Notes: generated by a model not told the origin, from the sequence alone. DNA of 64,000 nucleotides from Thalassobaculaceae bacterium (GCA_965228875.1 OZ245843.1:1036616-1100615); one strand, 5' to 3'; positions 37,899-47,981 are shown, counted from the stretch's first letter. Made by a program: numbers and translations.

Positions 37899-38999
37899 AT
37901 GGATTCCGTTACCCAGCTGGCCCTCGGCGCCGGTGTCGCCGCCGCCGTGCTCGGGCCGAAGATCGGACCGAGGCGGGCGGCGCTCGTCGGCGCGGCGCTT
38001 GGCACCGCCCCGGATCTGGACGTGTTCGTGCCGCTGGGCGATCCGGTCTCCGATTTCGTCCTTCATCGCGGACCCACCCATTCCCTGGTGATCCAGGCGC
38101 TGGCGACACCACTGTTCGCCGAGCCGCTGCGCCTGCTGTTCAGCCAGCTGCGCGAGCATCGGCTGGCTGTCTACCTGGCGGTCTACCTCTGTTTCGCCAC
38201 TCACGCGCTGCTCGACGCGATGACGATCTACGGCACCCGTCTGCTGTGGCCGCTGGTGCCGGATCCGGTCGGGCTCGGTTCGATTTTCATCATCGATCCT
38301 CTGTACGCGGTCCCGTTGCTGGTCGCCCTGGTCTGGGCCCTGTGCGCCGGACAGTGGACCGGCCGTTTCGAGCGTGCTCTGACCGTCGCCCTGGCGGTGT
38401 CGACCGGTTATCTCGCGTGGAGTGCCGGCGCTCAGCAGATCGCCGCCGCGCGCGGAGAGGCGACGCTCGCCAGTCTCGGGATCGAGGCGGAGCGCGTGAC
38501 CGTAACGCCGACGCCGTTCAACACCCTGTTCTGGCGGGTGATCGCGGTGGAGTCCGAGCGCTACACCAATCTCTATGTGCCGTTGATCGGTGGGTCGGCG
38601 GAGGTGACGGCCTACGCGCACCCGCGCGGCGGGCGCCTGCTCGCCTGCATCGAACCGATTCCCGCCGCACGCGAACTCGGCGCGTTCTCCAAGGGGTTCT
38701 TCAAGCTGGAGGAGGTCGACGGTCGCCTGCGGGTCGTCGACCTGCGCATGGGCGTAACGCCGGACTATGTCTTCCAGTTCGAGGTCGCCGAACGCGACGG
38801 CGAGGCATGGACGCCGATCGCGCCGGTCCGCCTGCCGGTTCGGCGCGAGGCGGGACAGGACTTCGACTGGCTTTGGAGCGGAATCCTGGGCGAGCGCGCC
38901 GTGCGACCGCGCGAGGCGGCCGCGCTGCTCGGAGATGTGGTGCCGGTCAGGGTTGCGGGCCCCACGGCGCCCCCGTCATCAGCTTGTTCTCCTGGCTGA
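37899..38999 (+). CDS. YdjM-like inner-membrane metal-dependent hydrolase
   Basis: MDSVTQ, PDLD, HRGPTHS and HALLD..T.YGT motifs. Confidence 0.88.
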   Translation: MDSVTQLALGAGVAAAVLGPKIGPRRAALVGAALGTAPDLDVFVPLGDPVSDFVLHRGPTHSLVIQALATPLFAEPLRLLFSQLREHRLAVYLAVYLCFATHALLDAMTIYGTRLLWPLVPDPVGLGSIFIIDPLYAVPLLVALVWALCAGQWTGRFERALTVALAVSTGYLAWSAGAQQIAAARGEATLASLGIEAERVTVTPTPFNTLFWRVIAVESERYTNLYVPLIGGSAEVTAYAHPRGGRLLACIEPIPAARELGAFSKGFFKLEEVDGRLRVVDLRMGVTPDYVFQFEVAERDGEAWTPIAPVRLPVRREAGQDFDWLWSGILGERAVRPREAAALLGDVVPVRVAGPTAPPSSACSPG

Positions 39000-39264
39000 T
39001 CAGGTTGGGCCGGAGCTTCGCGGCGAAGGCCATGAACGCGTCGTTGGCGTAGACCGCCGCCCAGTGGGCCCGCCTGTCGGCGTCGTCCTCGTATTTCCAG
39101 ATGTGGATGAGTTCGTTCATTCCGCCGACATCGCCGACGAAGTAGCCGACGAGCTTGTCCTTGTGCGGGTCCAGCGCCGGCCAGCCTTCGTTCTCGTAAA
39201 GCGTCAGGACCTCCTGGAGCTTGCCGACGACGATCTTGTAGGTGCGCAGTTCGTAGAGTGCCAT
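38947..39264 (-). CDS. NIPSNAP family protein
   Basis: YELRTY, LVGYF, NELIHIWKY; 105 aa. Confidence 0.88.
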   Translation of the reverse strand: MALYELRTYKIVVGKLQEVLTLYENEGWPALDPHKDKLVGYFVGDVGGMNELIHIWKYEDDADRRAHWAAVYANDAFMAFAAKLRPNLISQENKLMTGAPWGPQP

Positions 39265-39524
39265 GGCCCGTTGCCTTCCCGCTGAGTGTGTGTCGCGATG
39301 GTGGCGGATCCGACGATGCCGGTCCAGGTGCTCCCGCATCTTCACGAACCCGTGTTTCAAGGGCGGTATTCATTCCGGGCGGCGGTTAATGCCTCGCCGA
39401 CACGGTGCGTTGCGCTAGGGTCCGGGCCGCCGGCACTATCCGGCCGGTTCTGGATCTCACCAACAGATCCGCGCGACCGTTCGGGGCGTCCCGTCGGTCT
39501 CGCGCGATCGAGCGGAGGCACTGC

Positions 39525-40202
39525 ATGCTCAAATTCTACTACAGTCTGGCGCCCAATCCGATGAAGGTGGCGCTGTTCCTGGAGGAGGCCGGGCTCGAAT
39601 ACGAGGCCATCCCGGTCGACACCCGCAAGGGCCAGCAGCACCTGGCCGAATTCAAGGCGCTGAACCCCAACGCCAAGGTGCCGGTGATCGTCGACGGCGA
39701 CGCGACGGTGTTCGACAGCAACGGCATTCTGCTCTACCTCGCCGAGAAGACCGGCAAGTTCCTGCCGCCGGCCGGCGACCGGAACCGGGCCGAACTGATC
39801 TCCTGGCTGATGTTCGTGGCCACGGGCGTCGGCCCGTATTCCGGCCAGAAGGTCCACTTCGCCGCCCATGCGCCTGAGAAGCTCGAGTACGCCATCAAGC
39901 GCTACGACTTCGAGGCGAACCGCCATTACGGCATCCTGAACGACCGTCTCGAGAACCGGCAGTGGATGGTCGGCGATACCTACACGATCGTCGACATGGC
40001 GCTCTGGGGGTGGGGGCGCATGGCGAAGTTCGTGCTCGGCGAGGAGGCCGCCGCCCGGTATCCGAACGTGCTGGGCCTGGTCGAGCGGATCAGCGCCACC
40101 GAACCGGCGAAGCGGGCCGAAGCGATCAAGGAACGCCACGCCTTCAAGACCGAGATGGACGACGAGTCCTTCCGCTCCATGTTCCCCGGCACCCACCGCT
40201 GA
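39525..40202 (+). CDS. Glutathione S-transferase (Nu-class/YfcG-like)
   Basis: APNPMKV, LNPNAKVP, DSNGILLYLAEK; GGAGG RBS. Confidence 0.92.
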   Translation: MLKFYYSLAPNPMKVALFLEEAGLEYEAIPVDTRKGQQHLAEFKALNPNAKVPVIVDGDATVFDSNGILLYLAEKTGKFLPPAGDRNRAELISWLMFVATGVGPYSGQKVHFAAHAPEKLEYAIKRYDFEANRHYGILNDRLENRQWMVGDTYTIVDMALWGWGRMAKFVLGEEAAARYPNVLGLVERISATEPAKRAEAIKERHAFKTEMDDESFRSMFPGTHR

Positions 40203-40378
40203 CCTCAGCGGCCGGGGAGGACTGTACCGGGGAGCGGCCGTCACGACCCTCCCCGGTCGGTTCGGGCACGCAGGCTCGGCTTCGGCGGCACGACAACATA
40301 TTGCGCTGCGGCATCCGTGCGGGCCACGCTATGGGAACAGTCCCTAGTTCAGTCCCTTCGATGCAGTGGAGCCGCCCG

Positions 40379-40795
40379 ATGACCGATGTCCCCGTCCCGG
40401 ATCGCCGGGTCAACGTGCCCGAGGTTCTGGCCGAAGTGACGGAGATCTTCGAGCGCTACGAGACCGCGCTTGCGCAAAAGGATGTCGATGTTCTGGACGC
40501 CACGTTCTGGAATTCTCCGCATACCATCCGATACGCGATGCACGAGAACGGCTACGGCTTCGACGAGATCCACGCCCACCGGGTGCGCCGACCGAAGGGA
40601 CCCAGCCTGAAGCTGGAGCGGCTTCGGCTGGTCATCACAACGATCGGCACCGATTTCGCGACCACAAACCTCGAGTTCCGGATGCCGAACGGGAAGACAG
40701 GCCGCCAGAGCCAGACATTCGTGCGGTTCCCCGACCTCGGCTGGAAGGTGGTCGCGGCGCATGTTTCGACCCAGGACGACGCGCCGGTCTGGTGA
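40379..40795 (+). CDS. AtzH/HpxZ-like protein (DUF3225, NTF2-like)
   Basis: FERYETAL...DVDVLD.FW, ENGYG, GRQSQTFVRF..GWKVVAAHVS. Confidence 0.85.
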   Translation: MTDVPVPDRRVNVPEVLAEVTEIFERYETALAQKDVDVLDATFWNSPHTIRYAMHENGYGFDEIHAHRVRRPKGPSLKLERLRLVITTIGTDFATTNLEFRMPNGKTGRQSQTFVRFPDLGWKVVAAHVSTQDDAPVW

Positions 40796-41881
40796 TCAGG
40801 CGACCCGATACTCCTCAAGTGCCTCGAAGTTCAGGACGACCCCGTGCCCCGGCCGTTCCGGTGCGACGGCGCGGCCGTTCTCGATGACCAGCGGATCCTC
40901 CATGAACCGCTCCAGCCCGAAGCCGTGGCGTTCCAGGTACGACGCGTTCGGGACCGCCGCCATCAGGTGGACATGCAGGTCGTGCACGCCGTGGGAGGTC
41001 ACCGGCAGGTGCGCCGCCTCGGCCATCCGTGCCGCCTTCATCCAGGCTGTGATGCCGCCCATGCAGGCGAGGTCCGGTTCGACATAATGGACCCCGCCGG
41101 CATCGATCAGCTGGGAGAACTCGCGCAGATTGTGGAAGTTCTCACCGGCCGCGATCGGCGTTCCGATCTTCGCCACCTCGGCGTAGCCGCAGACGTCCTC
41201 CGGCTCCATCGGTTCTTCGATCCAGACCAGATTGTAGGGGGCCAGCGCCCGAGCGGCGGCGATCGCCTTCGGTCGGGTCCAGCCCATGTTCGCGTCGACC
41301 ATCAGCGCGAAGCCGTCGCCGAGAAACTCGCGCATGGCCGCCACCCGCTCCACGTCCTCGTGCAGGTTCCTGCGGCCGACCTTCATCTTGATGGCCTCGA
41401 AGCCGGCATCCAGGTTGCCGCGCGTCTGTTCCAGCAGAGCGTCGAGGGTGAAGAACAGGTCGATGCCGCCGGCGTAGACCGGCACCGTCGGATCCGCTCC
41501 GCCCAGGAGCCGCCAGAGCGGCAGGCCGGCCCGCCTGGCCATGATGTCCCACAGCGCCACATCCACCGCCGCCATGGCGAAGGCGACCGATCCGCCGCGC
41601 CCGACCCAGTGGAGCATCCACCACATCTCCTTCCACAGCGCCTCGATCCGGGTTTCGTCCGCGCCGATCAGAAGATCGGGCAGGTCGCGGGTGAGGAGCG
41701 AATGAACGGATCCGCCGCCATGGCCGACCGTATAGGTGTAGCCGAGCCCCTCGGCCCCGTCGTCGGCGGTGATCCGTGTGGTGATGAGCTCGAAATGGGT
41801 CATCTCCTTGTGCGTCGAGTCCGACAGCACGACGGGCAGGGGAATGCGGTAATGGTCGGAACGGATGCGATCGATGGCCAT
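40796..41881 (-). CDS. Mandelate racemase/muconate lactonizing enzyme family protein
   Basis: KMKVG (KxK), MVDAN, WIEEP, AGEN and TSHG motifs. Confidence 0.92.
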   Translation of the reverse strand: MAIDRIRSDHYRIPLPVVLSDSTHKEMTHFELITTRITADDGAEGLGYTYTVGHGGGSVHSLLTRDLPDLLIGADETRIEALWKEMWWMLHWVGRGGSVAFAMAAVDVALWDIMARRAGLPLWRLLGGADPTVPVYAGGIDLFFTLDALLEQTRGNLDAGFEAIKMKVGRRNLHEDVERVAAMREFLGDGFALMVDANMGWTRPKAIAAARALAPYNLVWIEEPMEPEDVCGYAEVAKIGTPIAAGENFHNLREFSQLIDAGGVHYVEPDLACMGGITAWMKAARMAEAAHLPVTSHGVHDLHVHLMAAVPNASYLERHGFGLERFMEDPLVIENGRAVAPERPGHGVVLNFEALEEYRVA

Positions 41882-41986
41882 GGACGGTTTCCCCCAGGGT
41901 TCTTAGCGAGTATGCGTCTGGCAACGCTTTGAGCCGCATCATCCGCTCGCCGGTTCCCGTCCGGCAACCCCACGATTGGAGCGCAC

Positions 41987-42688
41987 GTGCCCGCCGAAAC
42001 CCTCGTTCTGATTCCCGGTCTGCTGAACGATGCCGAGCTGTGGGCCCGGCAGGTGCCGATGCTCGACGACCTGGTCGACCGCATCGTCATTCCCGACACC
42101 ACGGCGCACGAGGACATCCGCGAAACCGCGGCTCAGGTTCTCGCCGAGACGGACGGCGACCTGGCGGTCGCCGGGCTTTCCATGGGCGGCTATGTGGCAC
42201 TGGAGATCCTGCGCCAGGCGCCGGAGCGGGTCGAGCGCCTGGCGCTGATCGACACGTCGGCCCGCCGGGACAGCGCCGACCAGCGCCGCCGGCGCACCGG
42301 TCTGATCGAACTTGCCGACAAGGGGCGTTTCAAGGGGGTGACACCGCGGCTGCTGCCGATGCTGGTGCACCGCAGCCGGCTCGAGGACGAGGCGGTGACC
42401 CGACCGATCTTCGACATGGCGGCGCGGATCGGCAAGGACGGGTTCGTCCGCCAGCAGAAGGCCATTCTGAGCCGCGACGACAGCCGCGACCTGCTCGCCG
42501 GGATCGCCGTCCCGACGCTTGTGGTGTGCGGGCGCGACGATCAGCTCACCCCGCTGGCGCTGAGCGAGGAGATGGCCGCCGCCATTCCCGGGGCGACCCT
42601 GCATGTGATCGACACCTGCGGCCACCTGCCGGCGCTGGAGCACCCCGAGGCGTGCGGCGCGGCGATGCGCGCCTGGCTGGAGGGGTAG
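41987..42688 (+). CDS. Alpha/beta fold hydrolase
   Basis: GLSMGG nucleophile elbow, GRDDQLTP, CGHLP. Confidence 0.88.
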   Translation: MPAETLVLIPGLLNDAELWARQVPMLDDLVDRIVIPDTTAHEDIRETAAQVLAETDGDLAVAGLSMGGYVALEILRQAPERVERLALIDTSARRDSADQRRRRTGLIELADKGRFKGVTPRLLPMLVHRSRLEDEAVTRPIFDMAARIGKDGFVRQQKAILSRDDSRDLLAGIAVPTLVVCGRDDQLTPLALSEEMAAAIPGATLHVIDTCGHLPALEHPEACGAAMRAWLEG

Positions 42689-42804
42689 GGCGGGTGGTCA
42701 TTCCGCCTCTCCCGGATTTCCGGAAGCCCGGCTACCATCTGATCCCCACCCTGACCGGGCCCGTCCGTCAGCGCCCGGCCCCGGACCTCCTGGACCCAAG
42801 AGCA

Positions 42805-44247
42805 ATGGACCCCGCCATGCAGAACGTCGAGCCGATCCTGTCCCATATCGACAGCCACCGCGATGACCTCATCGAACTCTCGGACACCGTCTGGGGTATG
42901 CCCGAGACGCTCTATGCCGAATACGCCTCCTGTGCCGAGCATACCGCCGTGCTGAAGGCCAAGGGGTTCCGCGTGACCGAGGAGGTCGCCGGCATTCCGA
43001 CCGCGGTGATGGGAGAGGCCGGCGAGGGCGGTCCGGTGATCGCCATCCTCGGCGAGTACGATGCGCTGCCCGGCCTCAGCCAGGTGGCCAACATCGCCGA
43101 GCCGAAGCCGATGGTCGCCGGCGGCGCCGGGCACGGCTGCGGCCACAACCTGCTGGGGTCGGCGGCGCTGCTCGCCGCCTGCGCGCTCAAGGACTGGCTG
43201 GCCGCCACCGGGACCCCCGGACGCGTGCGCTACTACGGCTGCCCGGCTGAGGAAGGCGGGGCCGCCAAGGCCTTCATGGTGCGCGATGGCGCCTTTGCCG
43301 ATGTCGACGCCGCCATCTGCTGGCATCCGGCGACGCACACCAAGGTCGACGAGGCCAACAGCCTGGCCAATACCCGGATCGACTTCACCTTCACCGGCCG
43401 CTCAAGCCATGCCGCCGCCGCCCCGCAGCTCGGCCGCAGCGCCCTTGACGCCGCTGAACTGACAAGCGTCGGCGTCAATTACATGCGTGAGCACATGCCG
43501 AGCTCGGCGCGCATCCACTACGCCTATCTCGACGCCGGGGGCACCGCGCCGAACGTGGTCCAGGGGCGGGCCAAGGTGCGCTATGCCGTGCGCGCCGCCG
43601 ACCTGCCGACCATGATGGCGCTGGTCGAGCGGGTGAAGAAGGTGGCCGAGGGCGCGGCGCTGATGACCGAGACGACGGTCGAACCGCAGGTCATCTCCGC
43701 CGTCTCGAACTTGCTCGCCAACACGCCGCTCGAGGAGGCGATGCAGGAGGCGCTGGACGGTCTCGGCGGCGTTCCGTTCGACGATGCGGACCGGGCCTAT
43801 GCGGCGCAGATCCAGGCCACGCTCTCTCCCGAGGACATCGCCACCAGCTACACCCGGGCCGGGCTTGAGCCGCGCCAGGGCGAGCCGCTGTGCGACTATG
43901 TCGTTCCGCGCGAGGCCCGCGGCGACGGCGCGCGGGGCTCGACCGACGTGGCCGACGTGTCCTGGGCGGTGCCGACGGTTCAGGCCCGCGTCGCCACGCA
44001 CGCGATCGGCACGCCGGGCCATTCCTGGCAGATCACCGCCCAGGGCAAGGCGCCGGCGGCACACAAGGGCATGACCTACGCCGGGCAGGCGATGGGGGCG
44101 GTGGCGCGCCGTCTATTCAGCGACGAGGTGCTGCTGGCCCGCGCCAAGAAGGACCATCAGGACCGACTGGCGAGGCAGCCCTACGTCTGCCCGATCCCGG
44201 CCGACGTCCAGCCGCCCCTGCAGCCGCGCCCGAAGGCGGCGGAATAA
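42805..44247 (+). CDS. M20 amidohydrolase, AbgB-like
   Basis: LGEYDALPG, GHGCGHNLLG, CPAEEGG, WHP, GSTDVADVSW and HSWQ motifs; alternative start at 42817. Confidence 0.9.
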   Translation: MDPAMQNVEPILSHIDSHRDDLIELSDTVWGMPETLYAEYASCAEHTAVLKAKGFRVTEEVAGIPTAVMGEAGEGGPVIAILGEYDALPGLSQVANIAEPKPMVAGGAGHGCGHNLLGSAALLAACALKDWLAATGTPGRVRYYGCPAEEGGAAKAFMVRDGAFADVDAAICWHPATHTKVDEANSLANTRIDFTFTGRSSHAAAAPQLGRSALDAAELTSVGVNYMREHMPSSARIHYAYLDAGGTAPNVVQGRAKVRYAVRAADLPTMMALVERVKKVAEGAALMTETTVEPQVISAVSNLLANTPLEEAMQEALDGLGGVPFDDADRAYAAQIQATLSPEDIATSYTRAGLEPRQGEPLCDYVVPREARGDGARGSTDVADVSWAVPTVQARVATHAIGTPGHSWQITAQGKAPAAHKGMTYAGQAMGAVARRLFSDEVLLARAKKDHQDRLARQPYVCPIPADVQPPLQPRPKAAE

Positions 44248-44331
44248 CCACTCCGCGCCGGGAGGATGAGGTCTTCCCGGCGCACGTACCGATTAAGAGG
44301 ACCGGCCCGTCTATACCGGGCCGGCGGGATC

Positions 44332-46344
44332 TCAGACATCGACCTCTTCGACGAACCTGGCGTTCGCCTGGATGAAGTCGAAGCGCTTCTCCGCCTTCTT
44401 GCCCATCAGGGTCTCGACGATCTCGCGGGTGCGGCGGGTTTCGCTTTCCAGTTCCGGCTCCACCACAAGCTCGGGACCGCCGCTCGGCGGGATCCTGACC
44501 CGCAGGAGCTGCCGGCTCGTCGGGTCCATGGTGGTTTCCTTGAGCTGCGCCGGCGGCATCTCGCCCAGACCCTTGAAGCGGCTGATCTCGACCTTGCCGC
44601 GCCCGGAGAAGGCACCGGCCATGATCTCCTCGCGGTGGGCGTCGTCGCGGGCGTAGATCGTCTTGCCGCCCTGAACCAGGCGGTAGAGCGGCGGCATGGC
44701 GAGATAGAGGTGGCCGTCGGAGATCAGTCTGGGCATCTCGCGGTAGAAGAAGGTCATCAGCAGCGAGGCGATGTGGGCGCCGTCCACGTCGGCGTCGGTC
44801 ATGATGATGACCTTCTCGTAGCGCAGCGCGTCCTCCTTGTAGGCGGCGCCGGTGCCGCAGCCCAGCGCCAGCATCAGGTCGCTGAGCTCCTGGTTGGCGC
44901 GGAGCTTGTCGGCGGACGCGCTGGCGACGTTCAGGATCTTGCCGCGCAGGGGCAGCACCGCCTGGGTCGCGCGGTTGCGCGCCTGCTTGGCCGAGCCGCC
45001 GGCGCTGTCGCCCTCGACCAGGAAGATCTCGGTGCCCTCGTTGTCGGAGCGCGAACAGTCGGCGAGCTTGCCCGGCAGGCGCAGCTTGCGGGTCGCGGTC
45101 TTGCGGCTGACCTCCTTCTGCTGGCGTCGGCGCAACCGGTCCTCGGCCCGCTCGATCAGCCGCTCCAGCAGCAGGTTGGCGGTCTCCGGATCGCCGGAGA
45201 GCCAGTGGTCGAAGTGGTCCTTCACCGCCTGATCGACCAGTTTGGTGGCGTGCGGGCTGGCCAGCTTGTCCTTGGTCTGGCCCTGAAAGGCCGGCTCGCG
45301 GATGAAGACACTCAGCATGACGCAGGCGCCGGCCATCACGTCCTCGGCGGTGATCTGCGCCGCCTTCTTGTTGCCGACCAGGTCGCCATAGGCCTTCACC
45401 CCGCGGGCCAGCGCGGCGCGCAGGCCGGCCTCGTGGGTGCCGCCCTGAGGCGTCGGGATGGTGTTGCAGTAGGCGTGCAGGAAGCCGTCGTCCTGGTCGT
45501 CCGGCCAGGTCACTGCCCACTCCACGCGGCCCTGCTCGCCGGGGGCCTCGACATCGCCCGTGAACGGCCGCGCCGCGACGGTCCGCCGCCCCTCGATGGC
45601 GCTGGCCAGAAAGTCGGCGAGGCCGCCGGGATAGTGCAGCACCGCCTCGGCCGGTGTGTCGTCGCCGTCGCGCAGCATCGCCGGATCGCACTTCCAGCGG
45701 ATCTCCACGCCCTTGAACAGGTAGGCCTTGGAGCGGGCCATGCGGAACAGCGTGGCCGGACGGAACTTCAGGGCGGGGCCGAAGATCTCGGCGTCGGGAT
45801 GGAAGCGCACGGTGGTCCCGCGCCGGTTCGGCGCGGCGCCGATCGTCGCCAGCGGTCCCTGGGGGACGCCGCGCTCGAAATGCTGGGCGTAGAGCCGCTT
45901 GTCCCGGGCCACCTCGACCTCGAGCCGGTCGGACAGCGCGTTGACGACGGAGATGCCGACCCCGTGCAGGCCGCCGGCGGTGGCATAGACCTTGTCGGAG
46001 AACTTGCCGCCGGCATGCAGGGTGGTGAGGATCACCTCCAGCGCCGACTTGTCGGGAAAGCGGGGGTGCGGGTCGACCGGAATGCCGCGGCCGTTGTCGC
46101 GGATCGTCATCGTCTGGTCGGTGGAGAGCTCGATCTCGATCCGCGAGGCGAAGCCGGCGACCGCCTCGTCCATGGAATTGTCGAGCACTTCGGCGACCAG
46201 ATGGTGCAGCGCCCGCTCGTCGGTTCCGCCGATATACATGCCCGGCCGCCGGCGCACCGGCTCCAACCCCTCCAGGACCTCGATGTCCTTGGCGGAGTAG
46301 CCGGAGGTGTCGGCCGCGGTGGCGCTTGCGAACAGGTCTGCCAT
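44332..46344 (-). CDS. parE: DNA topoisomerase IV subunit B
   Basis: EGLEPVRRRPGMYIG, EVLDNSMDE, VEGDSAGGSAKQAR, MTDADVDG and RFKGLGEM; 670 aa with no GyrB-type insertion. Confidence 0.95.
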   Translation of the reverse strand: MADLFASATAADTSGYSAKDIEVLEGLEPVRRRPGMYIGGTDERALHHLVAEVLDNSMDEAVAGFASRIEIELSTDQTMTIRDNGRGIPVDPHPRFPDKSALEVILTTLHAGGKFSDKVYATAGGLHGVGISVVNALSDRLEVEVARDKRLYAQHFERGVPQGPLATIGAAPNRRGTTVRFHPDAEIFGPALKFRPATLFRMARSKAYLFKGVEIRWKCDPAMLRDGDDTPAEAVLHYPGGLADFLASAIEGRRTVAARPFTGDVEAPGEQGRVEWAVTWPDDQDDGFLHAYCNTIPTPQGGTHEAGLRAALARGVKAYGDLVGNKKAAQITAEDVMAGACVMLSVFIREPAFQGQTKDKLASPHATKLVDQAVKDHFDHWLSGDPETANLLLERLIERAEDRLRRRQQKEVSRKTATRKLRLPGKLADCSRSDNEGTEIFLVEGDSAGGSAKQARNRATQAVLPLRGKILNVASASADKLRANQELSDLMLALGCGTGAAYKEDALRYEKVIIMTDADVDGAHIASLLMTFFYREMPRLISDGHLYLAMPPLYRLVQGGKTIYARDDAHREEIMAGAFSGRGKVEISRFKGLGEMPPAQLKETTMDPTSRQLLRVRIPPSGGPELVVEPELESETRRTREIVETLMGKKAEKRFDFIQANARFVEEVDV

Positions 46345-46436
46345 GGTGTCTGACTGTGCGAGAGTGGCGATGGATCGTTAGTCTATCGTGTAGCCGCTTG
46401 CGTAGCGAGCGCAAGATATAGTGCAGGGAGGTCCGG

Positions 46437-46832
46437 ATGGAAACCGAATCGGGTCGCGTGCCCCGCGGCGAGATGCAGATCCGGACCATCGCGATGCCGG
46501 CGGACACCAATCCGAACGGCGATATCTTCGGCGGATGGGTGCTGAGCCAGATGGACATCGCCGGCGGTCTCGCCGCCGCCCACCGTGCCGCCGGGCGGGT
46601 GGCCACGGTGGGCATCCAGGCGATGACCTTCATCAGGCCGGTGAGTGTCGGGGACGTGATCTGCTGCTACGGCCATGTGGAACGGGTCGGCCGGACGTCG
46701 ATCACCGTCGCGATCGAAGTCTGGAAGATCCGCGGCTTTCAGGAACGTGAAGAGCGCCTCCTCGTGACCGAAGGTAGTTTCACCTACGTGGCGATCGACG
46801 ATCAGGGCAGGAAACGGCCGGTCGATCCCTGA
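46437..46832 (+). CDS. Acyl-CoA thioesterase (YciA-like hotdog fold)
   Basis: AMPADTNPNGDIFGGWVLSQMD, GRTSI, FTYVAID. Confidence 0.93.
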   Translation: METESGRVPRGEMQIRTIAMPADTNPNGDIFGGWVLSQMDIAGGLAAAHRAAGRVATVGIQAMTFIRPVSVGDVICCYGHVERVGRTSITVAIEVWKIRGFQEREERLLVTEGSFTYVAIDDQGRKRPVDP

Positions 46833-46851
46833 CATCCGACGGAGATTGGCG

Positions 46852-47214
46852 ATGCTGCGATCTTTGCTCCCGGCCCTGGCGTTGCTGTACGCCGCCGGCT
46901 CGGCCGCCGCTGGCGAAGCGGACGTGGTCGGCGTCGAGGCGCGGCGCAGCGGCGATACCTGGTCCTTCGACGTGACGGTGCGCCACGCCGATACCGGCTG
47001 GGACCACTACGCCGACAGCTGGGAGGTTGTCGCGCCCGACGGGACCGTGCTCGCCACGCGCACGCTGTACCACCCTCACGTGGACGAACAGCCCTTCACC
47101 CGCAGCCTCGGCGGCGTGACCGTGCCCGCCGGTGTGGACGAGGTCACGGTGCGCGCCCGCGACAGCGTGCATGGATTTGGCGGCGCGCAGATCCGTGTGC
47201 GCCTGGACAGATGA
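46852..47214 (+). CDS. Exported His-rich hypothetical protein
   Basis: Signal peptide; HADTGWDHYADSW, LYHPHVDEQPFTRS and DSVHG motifs. Confidence 0.8.
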   Translation: MLRSLLPALALLYAAGSAAAGEADVVGVEARRSGDTWSFDVTVRHADTGWDHYADSWEVVAPDGTVLATRTLYHPHVDEQPFTRSLGGVTVPAGVDEVTVRARDSVHGFGGAQIRVRLDR

Positions 47215-47261
47215 GCCCGTGATGGCTCCCTGAGAGCGGCGTCGCAGTCCCCGGGGGAGGG

Positions 47262-47933
47262 CTAACGCCAGCCCAGCCAGAGCCCGACAGCCTCCTGCCG
47301 GATGCCGGATCTGGGGGCAGTCAGTGCTTTCGGTAGCAGGTCGCGGACCGGCTCGGCGGGAACGTCGAAATACAGATGGATGCGCTCGTGGGCCGCGGTG
47401 TTGTGCACCCGGTGCGGGAAACCGTAATCCCCGTAATAGAGCGCGCCCACGGGCCAGTGTGCGCGCTCGTGGCAGAAATCCGTCACCGCATCGGCGGCCG
47501 TGACGATCGGCAGGTGCAGCCGAACCCTCGCGCCGTCGGCCGACAGCGGGTCGTAATGCCAGTCCAGCAGATCGCCGGGTCCGATCCGCGCCACGACCGC
47601 TCCGCCGGCAGGCCCGCCAAACATGTCCATCAGGTTCTCAAGGCGGGGACAGGCGTCCATCCACGGCGTGCGGTCTCGCGTGTCCGCCCCGGTCTCGATC
47701 AGCAGAACGATGTCGGACCAGGATCTGTCGAAGGCCATGTGATTGCGCTGATCGTCCGGAACCGCGTCGAGCAGCGCCCGCATCTCGTCGATCACCGGTT
47801 CAAGCGGCGCGGGGGACCGGACAGCGGCCTGGAACTGTAGACCGAGGTCCCGGGTGAAGGCCTGGAAGGGCGTCTCCGGCGCGGCGCGCGCGCAGTCCGC
47901 TGGCCGCGGAGGCGGGGAGGAGGCGAGGCTCAT
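47262..47933 (-). CDS. Asp/Asn beta-hydroxylase-like Fe(II)/2OG-type oxygenase
   Basis: WHYD (HxD), RLHLPIVT, HRVHN and RIHLYFD motifs. Confidence 0.7.
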   Translation of the reverse strand: MSLASSPPPRPADCARAAPETPFQAFTRDLGLQFQAAVRSPAPLEPVIDEMRALLDAVPDDQRNHMAFDRSWSDIVLLIETGADTRDRTPWMDACPRLENLMDMFGGPAGGAVVARIGPGDLLDWHYDPLSADGARVRLHLPIVTAADAVTDFCHERAHWPVGALYYGDYGFPHRVHNTAAHERIHLYFDVPAEPVRDLLPKALTAPRSGIRQEAVGLWLGWR

Positions 47934-47949
47934 CGCTCCCCTATAGCAC

Positions 47950-47981
47950 GAAAACGAACGGGCCACCCGATGGGTGGCCCG
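47950..47981 (-). terminator. Rho-independent terminator of glnB-glnA
   Basis: 10 bp stem CGGGCCACCC/GGGTGGCCCG followed by TTCGTTTTC on the minus strand. Confidence 0.75.

Noticed and set aside
40226..40257. ACCGGGGAG/CTCCCCGGT hairpin after the GST gene
   Set aside because: No U-tract and no second copy seen; cannot be called a terminator or REP element
44332..46344. parE without parC as an anomaly
   Set aside because: Unlinked parE and parC is common in Alphaproteobacteria
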